64,000 nt of DNA, taken from the human T2T-CHM13v2.0 reference genome, Homo sapiens. Of this stretch, positions 35,378-46,700 are shown piece after piece. Each line of letters begins with the position of its first letter. Position 1 is the stretch's first letter. Under the pieces are notes generated by a model. The model was not told the origin of the DNA. It worked only from the letters and a program-made list of their open reading frames with translations, and made no database searches. Location: the NCBI RefSeq assembly GCF_009914755.1, contig NC_060939.1; one strand, 5' to 3'. The translations under genes were made by a program, and so were the position numbers.

Positions 35378-35515
35378 CTGGAAAGGAGGAGAACATGAAA
35401 CATTGCTTGAAGACAATGGCCGAGACAGCAGGTCCCACCCTGCACAGCCACCAGCATCTCTCCCCTCAGCCCTGTCTCCTCTTCTGCAGTTGGGATCTGC
35501 ACATTTAAGCCTGAA
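35378..35515 (+). ncRNA. MIR9-3HG: MIR9-3HG internal exon
   Basis: Acceptor TCTCTTCTCTAATTTATTAG| and donor GAA|GTAAGA. Confidence 0.55.
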
Positions 35516-38500
35516 GTAAGAATAAAACAAACCCCCAAACCACCCTATTAAAAAATGTGCCTGGCCTTGGACATGCAGAGGTAGCTATAAACTGTTGAAG
35601 GTGGGAGAGGTCAACAAAATGAAGGTTTGAGCCTTCTTCTACTCTGGGGCCCCCCACCTCTGAGTCCCAGCACTTCCCCCCAGCTCCAAGCCAGGTTGAG
35701 GGGGGGCAGGGGGGCAAGGGGGCCCAAGGCAGCTGCAGGGGCTGTGTTAGTAAACACTTTCCTGGGTTCCCATTTTCTTTACACCCCCCACCCTTCTCTA
35801 CTCCCTGATGCCCCGTTATACACTCCCACCCCCAGCATCCCCTTTTCTGTGGCCTGCACAATGAGCTCATTGTCCCGGGTGTGATTTGAATAAGGGATCG
35901 GTGGGCCTGTTCCCAGCATTGTCCAAGGGGCTGGGAAAAACCCCAGCGCAGGCAGGAGGACCAGACCAGACAGAGACAGATGCCTAAATTAGCAACAAAG
36001 CTTTGTGCACGTCCCCTGGACAAGGGCTCGCCTTGTTTGCGTGGACTCGAGGGTGTGGAGCTGGCCGGCTGCTCGCATGTCTCCCCATGTTAATTAGTTT
36101 TGCATGCATGTCTGAGAAGGTGCCAGGGGAGATGTGTTTGCCTTTCCCCGGGAGGGGGCCCTGTTTGTGGCTGGCCAGTAGGCTGGGGTCTTGGAGCTGA
36201 TATGGGCTGGGCCTACCTGGGGAGCCAGGCTCTGAGCCTGGCTGGGGAATCACGGCTTTCCCATCCTGTAGTTCTGTCTCTCTGACCTCTGGGGGGCCTG
36301 GCTTTGCTCCCTGTGCCTTCTCCCTGCCACCCCTCCATGTTTGAAAGTTGGTCAGCTCTGACTACTGGGACTCACTGGCTTCCTCCCAGACCCAGGCCAG
36401 TGCCTGTCCATCTGGCAGTCTGTCTCTTGCGACACAGGGCCCCTCGGGACCGGGCAGCAGAAACAGCCAGTCTGGACTCTTCTCCGTCCCCGAGCCAGAT
36501 GGCCAGTCTGCTGATCGCATTACGGCCTCCCCTGTCCCCAGACCCCTGCCGCCTGTGGTTGGACCAGGATCTTGTGTGGGATATGATGGAGAAGCTCCCT
36601 TTTAGGACCTCCTAGAGGCCTGGCCCTGAAAGGAAAGGGGTCTGGTAGACAGGGCGTAAGGCATGTCCTTGCTACCAGCTTCTATGTGACCTCAGGCAGG
36701 CCAAGTGACCCCGACTCCTGAATCTTAGTTTTCTTGTTGGCAAGAGGAGTGAGTGGAGCTTCAGGAATCTCTTGGCTCTCTTCTAGCTCAGAAAACCTCT
36801 GATGGTGGTAGCAGTGGTGATCACTTCAAAACTGTGTTGATGTAGCATTCACTGATGTAGCACAATGACAGGAATGGGACTAATGAATTCTGGCTGGGGT
36901 GGAGGGGAGTGTTGCAGGAAGGAGTTCATCCCTGTTGATATTCAGTGTGGGCTCCTGTTTTCAGAGTGTGGGGAGGACCAGGAGCAGGCAGAGCCTGTCT
37001 TCCCAGGTCTTCACAGAGGAGCCCTTCCCCATCCCTACCCTGCAGTGGTGAGAAGCAGGCCCTGGCCCAGCAGAAGGGAGCTTGGCAGTGGCAAAGAAGA
37101 AGCTGGAGGGATAGCAGCTGCTGGCCAGGGCCCTGGGTGTGTCCTGGTTGCCCCTTGCAGGTCCTGGGATGGGGTTGGTGGGGGTGGGCAGGGGACAGGG
37201 CTGAGAAGGGTCAGGGTTCATCTGGAAACTTCAGAGTGGGAACTCTCCATAGCCCTTCAGAATAACCCCAGGTGGTGGGTGGGGAGTGGGATGAAGCATC
37301 ACCCTGCTATTCAGTGCGGGGGTCTCAGGTTCAGCGGTCAGGGTGTCTGGCTCCTTCTTTGCCAGCCTCCCCATCTCTGGCACCCTCCCACTCTCTCATC
37401 AGGTGTTGTGGGATGTATCTTGCACTGGGGCCAGGCAGCTGACCAGAGCCACCCACAAGGAGCCTCTGGAATTAACCTCAGGTAGCCACTCAGGCCAGGC
37501 AGGGGAGAGACCCTGGGCCTCCCTTCCAGCAGGGACCTTCCTTCCCATGCTGCGGTGCCAGCCAGTTCCCACATGCAGTGCACTTGTTCCTTCCATTTGG
37601 GCTGCCTTTCCCCTCTCCGCCTCTCTCTCTCTTTCTATTTCTGTTTCTGGGGGACCTCTTTTTCTACCCCTTTCCCTGTCTCCCTGAGCTGCTCCTAACT
37701 CAAGCTGGATAACTGGTGGTAAATTCCAAAGCTCAATGAAGAAAAGAGGATAGAAGTTAGCGCTTCATGGCAAGGATAGAGTGAGAGAGTTGCCTACAGT
37801 ATCGGTTGGGAGAAGAGGCAGGGCAGCAGGGCCTTGGGAGAGCTGCCCACTGCCCTCCCTGCCCCTCCCCATTCCTACCTCCCAGGGTTTAGCCGCCTCA
37901 GCTGTAGCTCTGAGCTCCTTAATCTGGTGATCCTTGTGGTGCTGGGGGGCGGGCTGGCAGAGGCTTTAGGAGGTGACAGGGGATCTTGGGAGTCGCACTC
38001 TGCTAACAGAGTGTCATGCAAAGCTGGAGAATCACATTCCGAGCGCAGCTCCTCCTTCTAAGGCAGTGGCCCGGCAGGGCTGGACCCAGCACGGGTGGTG
38101 CCCAGTGGAGGGCTGAGGCACAGGCCCTGCACGCAGTCGGGCATCACCTCCTCTTTGTCGCTCAAGAGGAAAGTTCCCAAGATTAGGGCTTTCTGGCCCT
38201 TTCTGCATGGCTAAGATTTCATTGTTTGGTAGCTGCCCCCACCCTTACCCCAGCTCCCAAATCCTCTGGCTGCCAATCCCAGTTAGAAGAAGTCTCTGTA
38301 AGTCACAGGTATCATCCCCCTGGTCAGCTGTTGGGGTAGTCGGGGGTGGGGATTTGTCTAGAACTAAGCAAGTATGCCGGGTGGAATGGCTCCCCTGCCT
38401 AGATGAGAAGGGGAGAGAACCCCTGAGATGAACCCCTGATTCTCTCAGCGATGGGCCCTGAGAGAAGCCAGGAGAGACAGGAAATTGAGGTGGGGGTGCG

Positions 38501-38654
38501 AATGCAAGCGCAAGTGGTTCTGAGGCATCCAGCTCAGCAGAACCGGGGCAGCCCAGGCCTTGGACCTTGGCTGGAGGGTAGGGACAGAGGAGAAGATGCT
38601 GTGGGTCGAGGCCCAGGGCTCTGCTTCTGCCATGACTCTGCAGCAGACCCTGGA

Positions 38655-38765
38655 TGTCTCAGAGCCTCCAAACCCTCATTTGTAAAATGAGCATCATAAT
38701 CCCTACCTCCATTGGAGCTGCTATGAAGACTCTTGGGCACACGGGAAACACTCAGTGGGGTTAAT
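38655..38765 (+). mobile_element. MIR
   Basis: CCTCATTTGTAAAATGAGCATCATAATCCCTACCTC. Confidence 0.55.
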
Positions 38766-39750
38766 TTTTCTTCTCCTTTTCCCTTAGATATGGGGCAGAG
38801 ATGAAGGAGTTAAGCTTCTCCAGGTCACTTAAGATAGCTGAGATTTGGGGAATGGGGACAGTGGTGATATTCAGAATATTTAACCACCTGTACAGGTTGG
38901 GCACCAACCAGTCAGAATGACACCTGGCCCAAATCATCACCCAGGGAGGAGGGCACAGCTGAGCAGAACTTCTCCCTATATCTTTCTGCCCCATCATGAG
39001 TCCATTTATCAGCAAGCATACAGACATCCCTTGAGGGCAGCTCCTGAGGAGGTTGCAGGATGCGGGATCCTGAGATCTTTGCATTCAAGCAAGTCAGGCC
39101 TAGCATGGGGCACCCTGCCTGACCTGGAAGAGGACCCGGAAGCAGAGGGCAGTGAGCTGAGGGCCTTCCCAGCTCCTGCCCCAAGCTGGCAGCAGACCTG
39201 CCACCAGGCTCTGGGGAAGAGCTGCTTCTGTGGGCTTTCGCCATCCTCACGTCCCCTAGAGCTGCCCCCTCCTTCCTGTCCCTTCTTCTCAAAAGCACCA
39301 TGGGTCAGGATTAGAGGGTCTGTTTGTTCTCTGATCTAACTCCTCGTGCCTGTTTCTTCATCAGCCTGGGGAAGTTCATGGTTTCTGTTATCTGACTGTG
39401 GAGTATGGGAGTGTGGTGTTGGGGTAGTGTGGAGCCATGTTCTATCATCATGGAAAGATTCTGGCCTCAAGGCAGGCAGCGTCTTCCCCCAGCCCCAGGC
39501 TTTCTGAGGCCACACCTGGACACGTGGTGCACTTAGCCAACACTGACTTATTTTACCTGGCCTATCTCTTTGCCTTGTTGGGTGAAATTAATGCCTTTGA
39601 GGGCCTAAGGTGGTCTGGTTAAGTGACAAGGGCATAGGAAGACACAACCTTACCTAGCTGGAAGTCAGAGATTTGGACTCTAGCCCACTTTCCCACTGAG
39701 TGGTCTTGGGCAAGCCACCTCCTTTACTGGATCCAGAAAAGTAGCATTGA

Positions 39751-40033
39751 GCCAGGTGTAGTGGCTCACACCTGTAATCCCAGTAACTGGGGAGGCTGAA
39801 GTAGGAGGCTCTCTTGAGGCCAAGAGTTTGAGAACAGCCTGAGTTTGAGAACAGTGAGACCCTATTCTTAAAAAATGAAAAAATTAGCCAAGTGTTCTGG
39901 CTACCTGGGAAGCTGAGGCAGGAGAATCACTTGAGCCCAGTAGTTCCAAGGCTGCAGTGATCATACCACTGCATTCTAGCCTGGATGACAGAGCCAGATC
40001 CTATTTCTTAAAAAAGAAAGAGAAAGAGAAAAA
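39751..40033 (+). mobile_element. AluJ, sense, inserted in a MIR
   Basis: GCCAGGTGTAGTGGCTCACACCTGTAATCCCAG...; TSD-like AGAAAAGTAGCATTGA / AGAAAAGGAACATTGA; internal duplication of GAGTTTGAGAACAG. Confidence 0.9.
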
Positions 40034-40634
40034 AGAAAAGGAACATTGAATAAGATGGTATCTGAGGTCCCTTTTAGCCCTGCATTTTTTCATCTGGGAG
40101 TTCTTCCTGCCTTTTCTACTCTGTTACCTGCCAGTAACCCCTGCTCCCAGCCCCCTGGCTCACAGGAAACATAGTTAGCTTTGTCCCGTTCAAGCTGGCC
40201 TGGGATGCAATGAGGCACCATTACCTAGAGGCTACAAAAATGAAAACCCAGCTCACTGCTGGCAAGGGATGTGGGGCTGGGCAGTAACCTGTCCTGGAGC
40301 AAGACTTGGGCAGAGAGCATGAGTCTCACCTAGGTGCACTCCCAGCCTCTAATCTGGATGCCTTTGTCCTTTGTTCTACTTCTGTTTGCTCTGCATGGCA
40401 TTTGCCTTGGTGGCTCTGTTTGCTCAGGTGGCCCTCAAGGTGGGTTTGCAGTGCTCTCTTTGGGATTTGTCCCATTCCACTTCCTTAGGCCAGAAGCTTT
40501 AGACTCAAAAGCTCCAATCCCTGAGAAGCAACCATGGGGGAAACACTACTTTTTGGTGCTGACCCCTCTCCGCAGCACCCCTGCTAGGAGGCTCTTCCAC
40601 TGGTACAGCTGATACATGGATGTGGGCTCAGCAT

Positions 40635-40780
40635 CTTATATGACTGGCATGACCTTGGGCCAGCTCCTTAGCTTCTCTGATCCTCTATTTCCTTATTTCT
40701 AACATGAAGATAACCACACCTTTCTCATAAAGTTGCAGTGAGGCATAGAAATAACACAGATAAAGTACCTTGAAATGATG
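40635..40780 (+). mobile_element. MIR
   Basis: TGACCTTGGGCCAGCTCCTTAGCTTCTCTGATCCTCTATTTCCTTATTTCT. Confidence 0.6.
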
Positions 40781-42299
40781 TTCTCTCTTACCTTCTAGTG
40801 CCAGCTGCACCCAGAGGCTTCAAAGGCCACAGACATAAACCCTTAACTTTCCTGACCTCTTGCCTTTGAGTTTCAGGACTGCCCTGCTGGGGAAGTGCTG
40901 AGACAACCTTGGAGGAGCTCCTCCCCCCAGCCCACCGCCCCTCCTTCCCCAGGGGGCAGAAATACCTAGTTTCAGCCCTAATAATACCTGAATGAGATTT
41001 ATAGGACACCTTCCTCCCCAGAGTGCAAAGCTTCTCACATATTATTTCTCTTATCTTTAGATTGTCCTGTGAAGTGAAGTATGATCGGACAGCCTCTTTT
41101 CAGCTTTTATGACAATGGAGACAGAGGAATTGTGGCTCTTGCCAAGGTCACAGGATTGGAATACAGAGCCAAGCCACCCCAGGACATGCAAGAGCCTCAG
41201 AAGGGAAAAAAGCCCAGCAGGAAGGGAGAACAAGTAGCCTCTGTCCTGAAGTTGTAACAGCCAGGGGCCAGGATGGAGGAGGAGGACCCCATAATCTGCC
41301 CATCTGGGACTTGGCAGGGGACCTGGGAAAATGTACCCCAACCCATCCCTTAAGGGCCTTTGTCTTTGGCCCATTGGCCTAGCATCTCCTTCTTCACCGT
41401 GTCTGTTCTTGTCACACCTAGTCAGGTCTGTTTGGGTCTGAGGTGCATGGAACATTCTGGGTAGGCCTCCAGCAAACGGAAGCTCTTCACCGTGTTTCCA
41501 GCCTGGGACCAAGGGCAGCATACTGGCAAAGTTGCCAAAGCAAGGGACTCCAGCCTCTTAGGAGTTAATGACTCCCTCTCCCCAGCTGTCCTCCCCTTGG
41601 TGCTCCTCTTCCTCCCTCCTCCTGCTCACAGCAGGCAGGGCCTAGACCCGGGAGCCATGCTGCTGTGCTGTTGCCAGGGGAGCACGGAGGCAGATCTGAG
41701 CTATGCAGGGAAAAGGCCCAGCCTGTCAAAGTGTCTGAGATGAACCGCCGCCGTCCCTGTGCAGCTGGGCTCAGACGTGTCTCAGCTCTTGTTCTGTGCC
41801 TGAGAATGGCGAAACCCAGTGAGGTTCAAGGGCAAACTCGCTATTCATTAGTCAGGGGTTCTTGACGTCCCGTCTCTCCCAGGGATGAGTTCCCCCCTCC
41901 TCTTTCTCCCCCTCCTATGACACATTCCTGGGTGCCTTTGGTGAGGACTGCACACCCTCCTCCTGCCTAGCCCCCTCTCCAAAGGCCCCTGAATAAACTC
42001 CCCCCAAGGAGACCAGGCAGGGCAGAGACAATGGCTGCAGGAAATCATTCAGGCGGGACATGCTGGCCTGCCCTCCACCCAGTCCCCCTGTGGGCCCCAC
42101 TCCCTTCTGATTCAGGGCACCCTTGGGCCCCCAGCCTATACAGGCCTGGACAGGAAGAAACCACTGGGAACCACCCTAAGGACAACATGCTAGTCCAGTG
42201 CCATTCTTCGCTGGCTCTGTGGGTGCCTTTGTGGCCTGTACCGACTGGCTGGCTAATTTTGTGGTTTCTGTACCATCACATGCCTATTTTAAGACACTC

Positions 42300-42830
42300 T
42301 CCAGCACTGTCGGTTAGGGAGTGTAAATTGTGCAATATTTTCTGAAATGTGGCAATATCAAAATGTAAAAGGCACACATACTTGGTCACAAACAAATGGC
42401 ACTATTTACTCTGTGGGCATATTTGTAAAAGTTGCCAAAGAATTATATACAAGGATGTTCATCAGAGCATTTCTTTTGAAGAGTAAAGAAATGGACATGA
42501 ACCTGTGGTCCGTTCATACGGTGGAATACCTATGCAGCTGTAAAAATCAGTGTGGTAGATCTCCGTATATGAGTTGATGTGGAAGGTTGGCCAGTTCACA
42601 TGATAAGGTGAATAGAATAAGTTACAGAACAGGCTGTAGAGTATGATCTTATTTGTAGATGTTTAAAACTGAGTCATAAGTATGCTTATATACAGATCGT
42701 TTCTGGAAGTATGTACTGGAAGTCTACCTCTGGGGAGTGGGGATGGGGGAGTGCACTCTTCTATACTGTTATATTTTCTTTTCATGCTCCTAAGGTACTT
42801 TTATTGGAAGATGTAAAGCGGTTCAATGTA
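42300..42830 (+). mobile_element. Old L1M (L1ME-like) 3' fragment within the terminal exon
   Basis: GGGAGTGTAAATTGTGCAA...AGGATGTTCATCAGAGCATT...CATACGGTGGAATACCTATGCAGCTGTAAAAA. Confidence 0.7.
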
Positions 42831-43789
42831 ATAGGCTTAACTTCTGTCAACTAAGTTGGCGTGGGTGCTTTAAGAGGGTGGTAGTGATGTTGCTGGAGAA
42901 AGTATCCCACAGTCACTGGTGGCTTCAGCCACGGGCCATTTTGGGGCCTAATAATCACATATCATCATGGTTGCTAGTGTTAATCGAAAACCTACTAAGT
43001 GCCAGGCTTACTGTCTCTGGGTCTTGCTTACGTGGATGTCATTTTTCCAGTTGCACCAAATCGAAAGAGGTTAATTGGTTTGTTGGAGTTCCTTTGTAGG
43101 TGAAGGGCAGAGCCAGGAGCTTGGCTAGGGACAGGGGAGGTGAGTGGGGGATGGTGGATAGGTCTTGGCTCCCAGTTTCCTTCTGGGCAGACATTGCCCC
43201 TCTGCCCTGAGGACCTGCTTGTTTGGGGGAAGAGGCCTTTAGAGGCACCAGGGTCATGCCAGGTGTTGGACATGGTGAACTGGGAAGTGCTCCCATCTGG
43301 CCACAGCGCAGAAGTATCACCGTGCTGGGGGATGGGGAACAGGGCTGTGAATGGGCCTATTTGCATAAGCAGCATGTGTCTGGAGAGAAAGACATCACAG
43401 AGCAGAAGAGTGCGGGTGCCCAGGAGTGCACTTGCCACCCCTACTTCATCCCTGAAAGAGTAAATGGCCTGGAAGGTGTCTCTGAGAGGTAATGCCGCAC
43501 ACCACCCTCCCTGGGGGCAGGGTCAGGCTACACCTGCCTTAGGTCGGGGGCTGCAGCAGCCTGAGAGCTCTCAGTAGGGCCTCAGTAGCCTGGGAGGGAG
43601 CAGGGGCAGGGGGCAGGGAAAGAGGCGTAATGGGGCTGTCCAGAGGGGCCTGGGAAACCTGGTCCCTGAGGCCTGGGCACAGCTACAATCACTTCAAATT
43701 GGCTGTGGGGCCAGTGGACTGGGAAGGAAAAAAGCAATAAGAGTGACCAAGTGCAGAAGGCTGTCAGGTCCCAGGTCACATGCCTTAGT

Positions 43790-43960
43790 GCAGTGACTCC
43801 TCATCATTTTATGGGGTGTGGGTGTCGTTGGTACACCCATTTTACAGATGAGGACACCGAGGCCCAGAAAAGTTAAGTTACATGTCCTAAGTCACACAGC
43901 TTGTAAGTGCCAGAACTGAGATCAAAACCAAGTCTCTTTGACTTTAAAGTCTGTACTCTG
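43790..43960 (-). mobile_element. MIR
   Basis: CCCATTTTACAGATGAGGACACCGAGGCCCAGAAAAGTTAAGT...GTCACACAGCT. Confidence 0.8.
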
Positions 43961-44499
43961 ACCCCAAAGAGATCCTGTTTGGCCACTTATAGGAGGTCCC
44001 TAAAGCTGCAGACTCCCCTTGCCGGCACCCACATATAGAGACATTAACCCTTCCCCTGCAGGGTCACCTCAAATAGTCTTTTAGCTGGGCTTCTCCTGCA
44101 ATTCCACCTAATGCCATCCCCTGGGTTTTGCCCAAACCTGAACTGGGCAGTGGGGTGAGAGGAGGGGTTTACAGGGTTACAGAGCCTCATACAGATAGGA
44201 GCCCATGGCTGCTGGTCATCTGCATTCCTGCAGGATTGGCTGTTCCTTGGGGTCCTTGGCAGGAAAATGAGGATTGCTCCGAGGCCTGCTCCAGTACTTC
44301 CCAGAGGCTGGCCTGGTGTGGGGCTCTGGGAAGGCTGAGGCTGGAGAAGCGTAAGTAGGAGGGCAGAGATGGCACTCAGGTAGCTTGAATCACCAGGACC
44401 CTTCCAAGCCCCACAGGTTCTGAGGGAGTACTAGGGCCAGCTCTGGGAGAGGTCTCTTCCTATGCTGTGAACCCCCTGCCTTTCTTGCAGCCTACAACG

Positions 44500-44505
44500 A
44501 ATAAA
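44500..44505 (+). terminator. Polyadenylation signal of MIR9-3HG
   Basis: AATAAA followed about 20-35 nt later by GTGTCTCTGGTCAGTTTTT. Confidence 0.7.
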
Positions 44506-44839
44506 TTTTCTTTGCAAAGGCTTCCGTGTCTCTGGTCAGTTTTTCTAGGAGGACATGAGTGAGGAAAGTAGCACTCCGCCACCAGCAAAAACAACTGCTT
44601 GTGTCTTGCGGTGTGGTGGGGACACTGGTATGGGTGCAAAGGATGGAGCAAGAAGTCTTACAAGACTGGGAAAGTCTGTCGTCTTGACCTGAGCTAGGGT
44701 CATTTGGGCAAGAAGTGAAGGTCATGGCCAGTGCAAGGCCTACCTTGCCTTGAGGGTGCCCTGCCCTCAGGAGAGGGGTCCTGGAGGTTCTGGATTGGGA
44801 GCTAGCCCCCACGCTCCTTCTCAACCTCCATCAGTGTCT

Positions 44840-45320
44840 TCTCATGTAATTCTCACAATGACCCCATAAGACTGAATTCTGTCTTATAGACTAGGAAACA
44901 GAGGCTCAGAGAGACTTAAGAAATAGGCAAAGCCACACAGCTGGGAAGCAGTGGAGTCGGCCTCCAGATCTCATCTCTGTGACCAGAATGGGATGCAGGG
45001 GGTGGTGAGTCTCTTGAAAGCCGCTGATAAGTTTTTTCATGTATGAGCAAATTCACAACCCTGCTTTCATCACAGCATTCATTCTCACAAGGCCTTTGGA
45101 CTGCAGAGAATAATCAGGACTTACTGTGCCAGGCACTATTCTAAGTGCTAGTTTGTGTATTAAATCGTGGCTTAATCCTCACATCTGTGTGCATAACTGG
45201 GCACTATCCTTATTCCTATTTAACCAAGAACGAGAGTGAGGCCAAGTTGGCCATCCAAAGTGGCCCGTGTGGCTCCGTGTGTGGTGGGGGAGGGGGGATT
45301 GCAGCCAGGATGCCAGCACA
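44840..45320 (-). mobile_element. Two MIR fragments
   Basis: GGAAACAGAGGCTCAGAGAG...CACACAGCTGGGAAG and CTTACTGTGCCAGGCACTATTCTAAGTGCT. Confidence 0.65.
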
Positions 45321-45379
45321 GTCACGTTTGTCTGTCCAGATGCCAGGCACTTAACTGCACACACTACCTCCCTAAAGGC

Positions 45380-46700
45380 CCCATCAACCTAGCCCGGGCC
45401 CACGACCCCAAATGAAACATCTTTCACTCGCCCCCCAGCAGCCCGGGCCGCGTTTGACCACTAGTAGGGCAGAACCACTGACCGGCAGGCGGCGCTCCCC
45501 GGGGCTCCCGGCTCGAGCCCCAGGGCACCGGGAGGAGTAAGGACCCCGAGCGGGAGGGAGACGACTGGGGGGCGCGCGGCACAAAGAGCTTTTTATTCAA
45601 ATTTGTTTAGAGTTTCGCGAATTTGCATGAAAAATGTGTGAGAAAAGCCAGCTCCGGTGACCTCATCCGCACCTGCCATTAACGTTCAATTAGCGGCTGA
45701 ATAGCGGCCGCCGACGCGACGTGCAGAGAATCCGGCCTGCCCCGCGCAGCGAGGGCGGCGGGCCAGGCCCGGGATAGGGTGGGACCGAGGGAGGGGGACG
45801 CGGCGTAGGGCCCCGGCCTACTCCTCTGGCCCGGAGACCCAAGACCTCGTCCGCACTCCAACTCTCCGAGGGAACGCGGGGATCTCAGGACTCACGAGCC
45901 CAAGATTGTTTGGAGCGCGCCGGGAGCCTTAGGATGCCTGGCTCCCTCTGGGCGCAGAAAAGGGCGGGCTTGCCTCCTCCCCAGGACGGAAGGTGGCCGG
46001 AAGAGCCCCGTCCCAGCTCAGATGGGCTTCCCCGCCATCTTCCGGACAAAGTGTCAAGTACAAGTTCAAGTTCAGGGCCAGGCCCGGGGGGGGCGCTGAG
46101 CCTTACCCGGCCGCCTTTGTTCTCTGGCATAATCGCTTCCACGTCCCCCTCCCGGGCGGGGCCCAGCAGAGACCCCCGCCCCGCCCCGCCCCGCCGCGCC
46201 CCGCAGGAGCCTCCTCCTCCCGCCGGCGCGGCGCCTGTGCCCTGGTCCCGGTGTCCCCGCTCGGTGCCACCGAAGGATCTAGGGGCTCGGGCCGGGGAGG
46301 GGGTGGAGGGGGGAGTGGAGGCGCGATACGAACCCGTGGGAGCCTCCCCAACCCCGCAGTCCCAGCGGCAAACTGTGCTTGGTCGGACGGATGCCCGCGC
46401 GGAGGTAAGAGCCCTTTGCGGGATTCGCCCGTATCCCTGTGCCCCGCCCCCCGCCTGGGACTACGCGGGCCCCAAGGAGCGGGGCGGAGGATGGTGTGCT
46501 GAAAACCGGCTGGGCAGCCCCGCTGGGCCTCCGGTGGGGTGGGGGGCGCACTGTCGCTCCAGGGCTCTGGGGAGTACCAGGCCTGGGCGGTGGGTATGGA
46601 GGGCAAGTGCGCCCAGCCGAGGCCCAGTAAGATCGCCGGCCTTTCCCAAAGGCGTTTGGCTCACCCATCTCTCCTCGGCTAGCCTCTTGGTCTCCCCTTC
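45380..46700. promoter_or_regulatory. CpG island just 3' of MIR9-3HG
   Basis: CpG-dense, GC-box run CCCCGCCCCGCCCCGCCCCGCC near 46174-46195, octamer ATTTGCAT 45621-45628. Confidence 0.8.

Larger units (their letters stand above)
7640..44522 (+). ncRNA. MIR9-3HG: MIR9-3 host gene lncRNA (LINC00925); limits approximate
   Basis: Same-strand mir-9-3 hairpin, CpG-island promoters, chain of plus-strand splice sites (8792, 24074-24197, 33852-33916, 34536-34616, 35378-35515, 41061) and AATAAA at 44500; known identity of this locus. Confidence 0.82.
41061..44522 (+). ncRNA. MIR9-3HG: MIR9-3HG terminal exon (~3.5 kb)
   Basis: Strong acceptor TTTCTCTTATCTTTAG| at 41060; AATAAA at 44500 with GT/T-rich downstream sequence. 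Confidence 0.65.

Noticed and set aside
41528-42440. AAAGTTGCCAAAG repeated 900 bp apart
   Set aside because: Only 13 bp with unrelated flanks; compatible with chance in 64 kb.
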